Source: Candidatus Poseidoniaceae archaeon
Lineage (GTDB): Archaea > Thermoplasmatota > Poseidoniia > Poseidoniales > Poseidoniaceae
DNA: 64,000 nucleotides
Assembly: GCA_965662895.1 (NCBI GenBank)
Contig: CBFIJH010000007.1
Span: forward strand, 32,001-96,000
Reading direction: 5' to 3'
The position numbers and the translations under genes were made by a program. Below the pieces are notes generated by a model. The model worked only from the letters and a program-made list of their open reading frames with translations. It did no database searches and was not told the origin of the DNA. Below, piece after piece: positions 1 to 8,620 of this stretch. How positions within the stretch are numbered: position 1 is the first letter of the stretch; each line of letters begins with the position of its first letter.

Positions 1-1037
1 TTACGGAGCTGATGTTCGGACATCCAGCCGTTCTTGGAGCGGTTATCGAGAGCGACCGTCCGCTTGAGAGCGTTCAACTTTCACTGCGTCAACGAGGTTG
101 GATCGTCATTGCACCCCAAATTCAACAGCCTCTTTGGGTTCAATCCAATGATGCTTGCTTACAGGATTCGGGCGATAGCGTATACTGGTTCCGTTTGCAA
201 TTGGATGGTTCATTCGCATCGGAAGTTGGCTCCATTCAATTGAATGTCGTAACCGTTGATGGTTATCCGGCTTCGATGCAAATACCGATGTTGTTTCGGC
301 ATGCGCCCCCAGTCATCAATGGTACAGTGGCTCCGTCGGTAGAGGCTGGGAGCGACCTCACGCTCCAACTTGCAGTGACCGATCTCGACGGATTGGACGA
401 TGTATCTTGTTCAGTATCTGTTCTTGATGATTCAGAAGATACGATTTGGGAGAAAAATTTCCGCCCGCTTGATTCACAAGATGCGGATGGATTGAATCAG
501 CTCCGATGGCCCACGCCCCGAAATTTGAATGAATCCACTGACGCATTGCATGTATACACGCTCTGTGAGGATTCAGACGGAGAGGTTGGGGAGTGGTACT
601 CTCCCAGTAATATTACCGTTGAGCCATATGTTTGTCGATCGGGTTGCAATTTGACAAACGATGACAAGGTTACGACCTCTGCAGCAACTTCTCCACTCCA
701 GTGGGTTTTGCTTGGTCTTGGGTTACTTGCTGTTCTTTTGACAACAGCGTTCATGGTACGGCGATCTGGGGATGAGGAAAAATGGGCAACAGATGAATCG
801 ATTGAAGATTTTGATCACCTCACATCAGCATCAATCGCTGAAGCCGATGCTATGCTTGAGCGCATGGTGGAAGAGAGTCCACCACTCCCAGACGGTTGGA
901 CGGAAGACGCATTTGTAGCCTGGCTACGAGGGGAAAAACCCGATGATTGGACAGATGGGCAATGGGATGCAGTTCGCCAGGAACATGCCTCTCGGCTCGA
1001 GCAGTTGCAAACCGAGACCGATGACATATTATTCTGA
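1..1037 (+). CDS. Surface/extracellular protein with Ig-like domains, C-terminal TM helix and Pro/Trp cytoplasmic tail (probably 5'-truncated by window edge)
   Basis: Acidic beta-rich region (APPVI...VTDLDG), hydrophobic WVLLGLGLLAVLLTTAFMV followed by RR, tail PPLPDGWTE..KPDDWTDGQW. Confidence 0.7.
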   Translation, partial: TELMFGHPAVLGAVIESDRPLESVQLSLRQRGWIVIAPQIQQPLWVQSNDACLQDSGDSVYWFRLQLDGSFASEVGSIQLNVVTVDGYPASMQIPMLFRHAPPVINGTVAPSVEAGSDLTLQLAVTDLDGLDDVSCSVSVLDDSEDTIWEKNFRPLDSQDADGLNQLRWPTPRNLNESTDALHVYTLCEDSDGEVGEWYSPSNITVEPYVCRSGCNLTNDDKVTTSAATSPLQWVLLGLGLLAVLLTTAFMVRRSGDEEKWATDESIEDFDHLTSASIAEADAMLERMVEESPPLPDGWTEDAFVAWLRGEKPDDWTDGQWDAVRQEHASRLEQLQTETDDILF

Positions 1038-1061
1038 ATGCGCATGGAAGGAATGATACGC

Positions 1062-1295
1062 ATGGCAGTAGGATATGTGCTCTTGAATGTCGCACCCGGA
1101 GCAGAACACGATGTTTATGTCCAATTGCAAGAGATTGACAACGTTGTGGATGTGACAGTTCTCTTCGGCGATTACGATCTCATCGCCAAATTGGTTTCTC
1201 ATGATCTCGCTTCGATTGCTACCACAGTTGTCGAAACGATCCGACAGGTTCCTGGGGTTCTCAATTCTAAAACACTTGCAGGTGCAGAATTCTAG
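1062..1295 (+). CDS. Lrp/AsnC ligand-binding-domain-only protein
   Basis: MAVGYVLLNVAPG...VLFGDYDLIAKL...IRQVPGVLNSKTL typical of RAM domain; no HTH. Confidence 0.85.
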   Translation: MAVGYVLLNVAPGAEHDVYVQLQEIDNVVDVTVLFGDYDLIAKLVSHDLASIATTVVETIRQVPGVLNSKTLAGAEF

Positions 1296-1382
1296 GGTTT
1301 CAGTGCCCTTTTTTTGCTGATTTCCGCTCTCGGAATGGTGTACTGGGCGGCATATGTGGCGCAGTATTGCCTTTTTTCGGCG

Positions 1383-1423
1383 AAAACTATAATAACTATG
1401 GGTTGTGATTGAAATTTGGAGGT
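1383..1423 (+). promoter_or_regulatory. BRE/TATA-like element and Shine-Dalgarno of MC1 gene
   Basis: AAAACTATAATA at 1383-1394; GGAGGT at 1418-1423, 7 nt before ATG 1431. Confidence 0.55.
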
Positions 1424-1430
1424 AATCCAA

Positions 1431-1694
1431 ATGTCAGACAAGAAATATTTCGTTCTCATGGAGAACGGTAAAGACACGAGCCAAGTATTTGCGAGCAAGC
1501 AACCACGAGGAGCAGCCCTCAAAGCTGCAACCCGTGGACACACGAACATCCGCCTACGAGAGCGTGGCACCAAGCGTGTACACGTTTTCACAGGCTCAAT
1601 CAAGATGGTTGACAAGCCTGCTGGCGGCCCTGATTGGCTACCAGACAAGATCAAGAAGGCCAACGTCAAGAAGGTCGGAATTGAGCACCTCTGA
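1431..1694 (+). CDS. mc1: Non-histone chromosomal protein MC1
   Basis: VFASKQPRGAALKAATRG, IRLRERGTKRVHVFTG, PDWLPDKIKKANVKK are MC1-family signatures. Confidence 0.92.
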   Translation: MSDKKYFVLMENGKDTSQVFASKQPRGAALKAATRGHTNIRLRERGTKRVHVFTGSIKMVDKPAGGPDWLPDKIKKANVKKVGIEHL

Positions 1695-1756
1695 GGTTCT
1701 CAATCTCTCTTGATTTTTGACTCGTTCGACGAGTGTTGCCACAAAAGTGGCTCTCC

Positions 1757-1800
1757 GCCCCACTAGGGATTCAGGTCCTTCGTGGGGCTTTTTTCTTCTT
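1757..1800 (+). terminator. GC-rich hairpin plus T-tract downstream of mc1
   Basis: GCCCCAC(1757-63)/GTGGGGC(1782-88) stem followed by TTTTTTCTTCTT. Confidence 0.6.
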
Positions 1801-1857
1801 CCCTCTCACGTTGAATTGAACGAATCTCTCATAATGAGGATATCAATTCAACAGTTT

Positions 1858-2535
1858 CTAAAAATTGTATTTCACCTTATCATCGGTGATTTCAATGTGC
1901 TGTTTTTGGATGAGCCAGTGGACAACATCCCAGGTTTTGTGAACAAAACCGATTCCTGGTCTCCAGTGTTCGAGTTGATTTTGGAGGGTTGTTTGCTTAC
2001 GAGGTCGTTTCGCAGGAGCTGTCTTCTCAAGAATTTCAACAACTCGCGTACCCACCTGCTTGATTGAGGGCGGTTCTGATTTTTCTTGGACGTTTTCTTT
2101 TTTCTCATCGGGCGTATCCTTGGCTTTTTGCTCCGATTTTTTGTCATTCTTCACCGCAGGAGCGGTTTTCTTTTTCACCTTCGGAGGCTCTTTTCTCTCG
2201 ATTCGTCGTTTCCGAGTTTTGAAATGTTCAATGAGATCATCAAATCCTTTGTCTCTTGACCAAACAATGAATTTCACGGAATTGTCACGCCCGACATGAA
2301 CCATCCCCAAGTAGGCTGATATGTGGAAGTCAACGTTGTCTTTCGAAGTCTTTCCAACTCGAATAACTGTAATGTTGTAATCAACAATCAACCAGTCATT
2401 TGGAATCGTTTGTTGATTCCCCACGAACAGAAGCACTCGTTGGTGGTTCCCTCGTGCGATATCATCGATGGGAATGTGTTTGTGAACGTTCTCAAAGTCT
2501 ACAAAGTGAACGACTTTTTCCAGATCATCGCTCAT
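1858..2535 (-). CDS. PIN/NYN-like domain protein with Lys/Glu-rich linker and small C-terminal domain
   Basis: FVDFENV, KDNVDFHI, SRDKGFD acidic PIN-fold motifs. Confidence 0.75.
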   Translation of the reverse strand: MSDDLEKVVHFVDFENVHKHIPIDDIARGNHQRVLLFVGNQQTIPNDWLIVDYNITVIRVGKTSKDNVDFHISAYLGMVHVGRDNSVKFIVWSRDKGFDDLIEHFKTRKRRIERKEPPKVKKKTAPAVKNDKKSEQKAKDTPDEKKENVQEKSEPPSIKQVGTRVVEILEKTAPAKRPRKQTTLQNQLEHWRPGIGFVHKTWDVVHWLIQKQHIEITDDKVKYNF

Positions 2536-2622
2536 TTTTAGGCATCTCCATATCTTTGTTGGAAATCAAATTTCTGAAGTATCCTTTTCTTCACGTTCAA
2601 ACAGTCCGCCATCGCTTCTGAA

Positions 2623-3234
2623 TCACTCTGGTTGGTGATAACTCCAGACCTTGGTTGTGATAACTGCCATAATCACAATTTTGAATGCATCCCAAACCAG
2701 GAACGGCTCAACTCCCCATTCAAAGGCCTGACTCATGCTGACTCCATACGATTCTGCGAGCCAAAGTGTCCCGATTACATAGACTGGAATCATTGCAATG
2801 AACCAGCAAATGAGTTGAGCCTTGAAGTCCGCAATACCGGCAGTCCGAGACCGATCAAGGCCTTCTGCAACGAGTGCAGAAGCTACCGGGAATGCCATGA
2901 GATATCCTCCGCTGGCGATTAACGCCCCATCTGAAAACAAAGCATTGCCACCTTCCGCAAAAACAGGAGCGCCCAAAGCACCAGCAAAGAGATAGACGCA
3001 ACCAGAAACAAAAGCATCGTTCCTACGCAAATAGACTCCAGTTGCAAGAACAGCAAAGGTTTGGAAGGTGTATGGGACGGGTGTCCAAGGTACAACGAAG
3101 GCAATTTGTGCACACAAAGCGGTAAGTCCAGCGAAGAAGCCAATGGCAATCGACCGTTCAAGAAGCGTGGATTTTTCCGAGGAAAGCGTAAGGTGCCACG
3201 TGTGTGGTTTTGACCATGTCATTTGTTCAAACAT
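2623..3234 (-). CDS. bioY: Biotin transporter BioY (ECF S-component)
   Basis: TPVPYTFQTFAV, GAPVFAEG, SGGYL, PFLVWDAFK; multi-TM. Confidence 0.9.
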   Translation of the reverse strand: MFEQMTWSKPHTWHLTLSSEKSTLLERSIAIGFFAGLTALCAQIAFVVPWTPVPYTFQTFAVLATGVYLRRNDAFVSGCVYLFAGALGAPVFAEGGNALFSDGALIASGGYLMAFPVASALVAEGLDRSRTAGIADFKAQLICWFIAMIPVYVIGTLWLAESYGVSMSQAFEWGVEPFLVWDAFKIVIMAVITTKVWSYHQPE

Positions 3235-3332
3235 AATTTTCCCAGTGCAAAATAGCACTTAGATGTTCACATCCGGTTTACTGGACGATGACGACATGCA
3301 AATCAGCAGTTTCGAAACGCGTGTCGAGCAAA

Positions 3333-4100
3333 TCAATAACGTACTTTCTGGCGTGTAATCGTTCTCCAAATGCGTTGAAGTGGGTCGTAGTATCGATCGA
3401 CAACACGTTCTTTCAACTGGATGATCGCATCATCCGTGATTTGGATGCCTGCAGGACAAACTTCCGTACAGCATCGTGTGATGTTGCAATACTCAATACC
3501 GAATTCTTTCTTGATTTCTGGGATACGGTCTTCGGTGTCAAGGGGATGCATTTCGTACTGTGCAAGACGCACAAGGTTTCGCGGTCCTGCAAACCCATCA
3601 AACATCTCATGATCTCGCAGAACGTGGCATGTGTTGACGCAAAGGAAACATTCGATACACTCACGGAAGTGCTGCACTCGGTCAGCTTCCATTTGGTTGA
3701 ATTCCCAATCCATGGATTCTGGACCGTTGATTGGAGCAATTCGCTGAGCAACATCGTAGTTCCATGAAACATCCGTGACCAAGTCCTTGATGTGTGGGAA
3801 GGCTTTCATCGGTCGAATTTCAATGGGCTTACCTTCCGGCGTTTCTGCAACAACATCGCTCATTCGAGTCATGCACATCAAACGTGGGCGTCCGTTGATT
3901 TCTGCTGAACACGAACCGCACTTTCCAGCCTTGCAGTTCCAACGGACAGCCATGTCTGGCTCTTGTTCGTGTTGAATGCGGTGCATACAATCCAGAACGA
4001 CCATGCCTTCATCGAGTGTAATCTCATATTCTTCAAGATCGGTTTCTCCATCTTCTCCACGAGCGACTTTGAACGCTTGCTTTCTTCCTTTCAATGACAT
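3333..4100 (-). CDS. sdhB: Succinate dehydrogenase/fumarate reductase Fe-S subunit
   Basis: CKAGKCGSC...C, CIECFLCVNTC, CNITRCCTEVCP cluster motifs. Confidence 0.92.
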   Translation of the reverse strand: MSLKGRKQAFKVARGEDGETDLEEYEITLDEGMVVLDCMHRIQHEQEPDMAVRWNCKAGKCGSCSAEINGRPRLMCMTRMSDVVAETPEGKPIEIRPMKAFPHIKDLVTDVSWNYDVAQRIAPINGPESMDWEFNQMEADRVQHFRECIECFLCVNTCHVLRDHEMFDGFAGPRNLVRLAQYEMHPLDTEDRIPEIKKEFGIEYCNITRCCTEVCPAGIQITDDAIIQLKERVVDRYYDPLQRIWRTITRQKVRY

Positions 4101-5953
4101 TACTTGCCACCTCCTTGTTCCTTTGCACGCTCAGCAATCATGGCTTTGACTTCCTTGATTGCATCTTGGAGATCGTCTCGCATTTCTTCAACAGGTTCCT
4201 GTCGAATTTTGATTTCTCCATCTTCCATCCAAACGATGTTGAGGGTCTTGCCCCAGTATTCATCTTCAGGTGTTGGCATATCTTCACGAGTGTGACCACC
4301 GCGACTTTCTTCACGGGTAAGAGCGGCGAGTGCACAAGCACGGGAAACGTCAGCCATGTTGATCAAATCAAGTGCTTGGTGCCAACCCGAATTGTAACGT
4401 CGACTTGTACCTGGGAACGATTCCATTGCACGTTCTTTGAACGCTGTAAGGTCCTCCAGTGCTTCCTCTAGTTCGTTCTTGGTTCGGATGATACCAACCT
4501 TGTGTTGCATCATTTCACGCATTTCATCGTAGATGATTCCAGGGTTTTCGCCACCTTCTTGAGCAAGCGGTGCAAGCATGTCTTCGATCGCTTTCTTGAC
4601 TTGAGCATCATCGATGCCTGGCTGTGCAAGATCGGTTGCTCGCTTGGCAGCAAATTCACCAGCACGCTTTCCAAAGGTAATCAAATCAGAGAGTGAATTT
4701 CCTCCAAGTCGGTTCGCTCCATGCAATCCTGATGCAGCTTCACCGCATGCATAGAGACCAGGAACGGTTGTTTCTTGCGATTCAGCATCAACACGGATAC
4801 CACCCATGATGTAGTGAGCTGTTGGGCCAACTTCCATGGCATCTTTCGTGATGTCAACACCGGCCAATTCCATGAATTGGTGGTACATCGATGGGAGTTT
4901 CTTCTTGATGGCTTCCTCACCACGGTGCGAAATATCGAGGAAGGCCCCTCCGTGTGGTGAACCCCGTCCGGCTTCAACTTCAGCCTTGATGGCCTTCGCA
5001 ACAACGTCACGGGTCAAGAGTTCAGGGGGTCGTCGAACGGTGGCAAGTTTTCCACTCACGACTTCTTCGACCCATTGGTCGGCTTCTTCGATGGTTTCTG
5101 CATGGTCGCCTTGGAACATTTCAGGGACGTAGTTGAACATGAAGCGGTCTCCATCGCTGTTGGTCAGACGGCCGCCTTCGCCACGAACACCTTCTGTGAC
5201 GAGAATACCGCGAACGGATGGAGGCCAAACCATTCCAGTTGGATGGAATTGAACGAATTCCATATCTCGAAGTTCAGCACCTGCCCACAAAGCAAGAGCG
5301 TGACCATCACCTGTGTATTCCCATGAACCTGAACAGACGCTCCAACACCGAGTGCTACCGCCCGTTGCAAGAACAACCGATTTGGCAGAGAAGGCGTGGA
5401 AATCACCATCGACACGGGTGTAAGCAACACAGCCTGTGACTCGGTCGCCTTCCTTCAAGAGATGACGAACGGTGTATTCCATAAAGATGTCAATCCCTTC
5501 GTGAATGCCTCGCTCTTGGAGGGTACGGATGATTTCGAGACCAGTAGCGTCACCAACGTGTGCAAGACGTGGGAAGGTGTGGCCTCCGAAGTTGCGTTGG
5601 TTGATCAGGAGTTTGGGTGTTCGGTCGAAGACAGCACCCCATTGTTCGAGTTCTCGGACTCGATCTGGGGCTTCCTTGGCATGGAATTCAGCCATACGCC
5701 AATCAGCAAGCCACTTGCTTCCTTTCATAGTATCGTGGAAATGAACCTTCCAACTGTCACGAGGATCTGCGTTCTGCAGTGCTGCAGCACAACCACCTTC
5801 GGCCATGACCGTGTGTGCTTTTCCTAAGAGAGACTTGGTGATGATAGCGGTCTTGGCACCACTTCGGGCAGCTTCAATTGCTGCACGTAGTCCAGCTCCT
5901 CCAGCACCGATGACAACAACATCGTATTCGTGTTTGGTATAGGTTTCACTCAT
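4100..5953 (-). CDS. sdhA: Succinate dehydrogenase/fumarate reductase flavoprotein
   Basis: GAGGAG, KAHTVMAEGG (FAD-His), QFHPT, EGVRGEGG, LHGANRLGGNSL, ESRGGH. Confidence 0.93.
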   Translation of the reverse strand: MSETYTKHEYDVVVIGAGGAGLRAAIEAARSGAKTAIITKSLLGKAHTVMAEGGCAAALQNADPRDSWKVHFHDTMKGSKWLADWRMAEFHAKEAPDRVRELEQWGAVFDRTPKLLINQRNFGGHTFPRLAHVGDATGLEIIRTLQERGIHEGIDIFMEYTVRHLLKEGDRVTGCVAYTRVDGDFHAFSAKSVVLATGGSTRCWSVCSGSWEYTGDGHALALWAGAELRDMEFVQFHPTGMVWPPSVRGILVTEGVRGEGGRLTNSDGDRFMFNYVPEMFQGDHAETIEEADQWVEEVVSGKLATVRRPPELLTRDVVAKAIKAEVEAGRGSPHGGAFLDISHRGEEAIKKKLPSMYHQFMELAGVDITKDAMEVGPTAHYIMGGIRVDAESQETTVPGLYACGEAASGLHGANRLGGNSLSDLITFGKRAGEFAAKRATDLAQPGIDDAQVKKAIEDMLAPLAQEGGENPGIIYDEMREMMQHKVGIIRTKNELEEALEDLTAFKERAMESFPGTSRRYNSGWHQALDLINMADVSRACALAALTREESRGGHTREDMPTPEDEYWGKTLNIVWMEDGEIKIRQEPVEEMRDDLQDAIKEVKAMIAERAKEQGGGK

Positions 5954-5958
5954 CTTGT

Positions 5959-6768
5959 TCACCCCACCAAAACGAAGGCCATGTCACTGATGTGCCCTTC
6001 TGCGACGGCAATGGTCCAAAGGTCGCCAAGGAAGACGAAGCCGAGGCTTGTCCAGAACCAGAATCCGTGGGAACGATTGAACACACTGATTCGCTTGAAG
6101 AGACGACCACGGAAAGCAGAAATTCCGCTTACCCATCGGTCAAGACTACCACCAGCAAGGTGGCGAAGAGCGTGACATGAAGTCACGTACATGGTCAAGA
6201 GGAAAGCTTCCGTCGCCATAATGAAGGTTCCAAAGGAGAAGCCCCAACCGGTATCAAAGTGCAGGGTGTGGGTGACATCCCACCATTTGATGACGATGAT
6301 GATCATAGCAGCGTAGAGGAAGTATCGGTGAAGGTTGTTGAAGATGAACAAGCGCTTTTCGCCACCGTATCCAATCTTCTTGTTGATGTCTGGCTCATCG
6401 ACCCAGCAAGCTGTTGGTGATTGGAAGAATGTTCGATAATAGACGCGACGCATGTAGTAGCAGGTTCCACGGAAACCGAATGGAATCCAGAGAACAAGAA
6501 TTGCAGCATTGACCCAACTCGGATGGTCCCATTCATTGAGTCCGAACAAACTCCATTCGAGGATGTTTGGTGAGAAGATAGGAGAGACGACTGTTGAACC
6601 TTCGAGTTTGTAGTAGATGCTCTCAGGGAACAGAATTAATCGCCATGCAGTGTAAATGAGCGCAGCGGTAAGAGCCAGTCCCATCCAGAAGGGTTGTGCC
6701 CACCAATTGTCGATTCGATCGGTACGCCCAAGCCCGTTAATCACGGGGAGTTTGATGCCTTCTCCCAT
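5959..6768 (-). CDS. sdhC: Single membrane anchor of SDH (mycobacterial Sdh1/Rv0249c-like)
   Basis: First gene of operon; multi-TM; FRGTCYYMRRVYYR, NLHRY, SCHALRH motifs. Confidence 0.75.
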   Translation of the reverse strand: MGEGIKLPVINGLGRTDRIDNWWAQPFWMGLALTAALIYTAWRLILFPESIYYKLEGSTVVSPIFSPNILEWSLFGLNEWDHPSWVNAAILVLWIPFGFRGTCYYMRRVYYRTFFQSPTACWVDEPDINKKIGYGGEKRLFIFNNLHRYFLYAAMIIIVIKWWDVTHTLHFDTGWGFSFGTFIMATEAFLLTMYVTSCHALRHLAGGSLDRWVSGISAFRGRLFKRISVFNRSHGFWFWTSLGFVFLGDLWTIAVAEGHISDMAFVLVG

Positions 6769-6883
6769 AGGTTCACATCCGCCCCTCAAGGGGGCTTATA
6801 CTAACCCAACGACTAGGGGTCTTTGAGGTTGGCCCTTCGTCCCATTGCAGCGTTTGAAAGAAAAAGAAAGGCAATTTGAACGA

Positions 6884-8539
6884 TTAGACCAATTCGTCCC
6901 ATCGAACTTCTGCTTCAACCATCTCGATTTCATCAACATCCATCTGAGCAAGTTGCAATTTTCCAGAGAGTTCATCGTTGACAGCATGCCAGTAGGAATA
7001 GGCTTCAAGAACCCAAATTCCAGATTCTCGAGTTCCATTGCCGCTTCCTTTGACGCCACCGAACGGAAGATGCGCTTCTGCACCTGATGTGGAGTTGTTG
7101 ATTCCAGTCATTCCAGCCTTGATACCGGTCTTGAAGCGATATGCCTCGAGTCGATCGTTGGTGTAGATGGCCGAAGACAATCCGTACGGACTTGCGTTCG
7201 CTAGGTGAAGAGCATGGTCGAAATCATCCGCCTTGACCAAGGTAATGGCAGGCCCAAACAATTCCTCATGGAAGCAACGCATGTCTTCAGTAACGCCAGC
7301 GTAGACGTGTGGCCACATGAAGACGCCATCTTCTGGGGTTCCGAGGAAACCTGATGGCTTGTTATCGGACGTGATTCGACCTTCTCCGTAGAGTTTGGTT
7401 GCTCCGTCTTGTTCGCAGATCTGAATGACTTCAAGGAAATCCTTTGCGTACTTTTCAGAAAGCATCGACCCGTAAAGAACACCTTCATGCTCCAAGGAAT
7501 CTCCTATGCGTGTCGAATGGACCTTGTCCATCAATTTCGCAACGAACTCATCGTAGATGTCCTTGTGGATGATGAGGTTTCCAAGCGATGTGCAGCGTTG
7601 GCCTGCGGTTCCAAAACCTGCCCAATACGCTCCTTCAACGGCATTTTCAAGGTTCGCAGACGGCATGATGACCAGTGGATTTTTTCCACCGAGTTCGAGT
7701 GAACATGAGACGAGGTTTCGTCCACAGACTTCTCCAATCATCTTCCCAACAGCGGTTGAACCGGTAAATGAAATCTTGTTAACACGACCCTCGTCCACGG
7801 CATCAACAAGATACTGACCTGCCCCACTTCCCTTTCCATGGATGAGGTTGATGACGCCGTTCGGCAAACCGGATTGGTGCATGATTCGAGCGAGGGCAAA
7901 CGAAAGCAGAGGTGTGTCTTGAGGGGATTTCCAAACGCATGTGTTTCCACACATGATCGCTGGAATCATCTTCCAGAACGGTACGGCGGATGGGAAGTTG
8001 CAGGCGTTGATGATTCCACAAACACCAAGAGGGCGTCGGTAGGTGAACAGTTCCTTGTCTGGAAGTTCAGAGTTGACCGTTTGTCCGTACAAGCGTCGAC
8101 CTTCGGATTGGAAAAACAGGCAGGTGTCAATCGCTTCTTGGATTTCGCCTCCACATTCTTTCAACGTCTTCCCCATTTCTCGTGCTTGAAGTCGGACGAG
8201 ATCTTCCTTGCGTTCCATCAATAAACGACCCATGTTGCCTATGATCTGTCCACGGGTAGGTGCTGGTGTTGCTGACCATCCAGAGAAGGCAGCGTGAGCA
8301 GCATCCAAGGCAGCATCAACGTCGGCTTTGGTTGAGAGGGGAAAGACTCCTAGAACATCGTTCAGGATTGCTGGGTTCCGAGATTCAAAGGTCTCTCCGT
8401 TGCTTGATTCTTCGAGTTGACCATCAATGATGTTGTAACCTTTAACGCTTGGACGGTTTTTTGGGTTGTTGGCTTCGAGGAACGTCAGACCTGCTTCGAG
8501 AACGTGGACCATATTCTCGCGGAGTTCGCTTCCCTCCAT
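6884..8539 (-). CDS. Aldehyde dehydrogenase family protein
   Basis: FTGSTAVG, LELGGKNP, GQRCT catalytic Cys, EELFGP, PFGGVKGSG. Confidence 0.92.
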   Translation of the reverse strand: MEGSELRENMVHVLEAGLTFLEANNPKNRPSVKGYNIIDGQLEESSNGETFESRNPAILNDVLGVFPLSTKADVDAALDAAHAAFSGWSATPAPTRGQIIGNMGRLLMERKEDLVRLQAREMGKTLKECGGEIQEAIDTCLFFQSEGRRLYGQTVNSELPDKELFTYRRPLGVCGIINACNFPSAVPFWKMIPAIMCGNTCVWKSPQDTPLLSFALARIMHQSGLPNGVINLIHGKGSGAGQYLVDAVDEGRVNKISFTGSTAVGKMIGEVCGRNLVSCSLELGGKNPLVIMPSANLENAVEGAYWAGFGTAGQRCTSLGNLIIHKDIYDEFVAKLMDKVHSTRIGDSLEHEGVLYGSMLSEKYAKDFLEVIQICEQDGATKLYGEGRITSDNKPSGFLGTPEDGVFMWPHVYAGVTEDMRCFHEELFGPAITLVKADDFDHALHLANASPYGLSSAIYTNDRLEAYRFKTGIKAGMTGINNSTSGAEAHLPFGGVKGSGNGTRESGIWVLEAYSYWHAVNDELSGKLQLAQMDVDEIEMVEAEVRWDELV

Positions 8540-8620
8540 GAAGGCTACGATTCAATCCTCAGGCTTCACACCGGATTTTCATAACTCATGGTTTTAGTAC
8601 TCTCGGGACTTGGACTTGGT

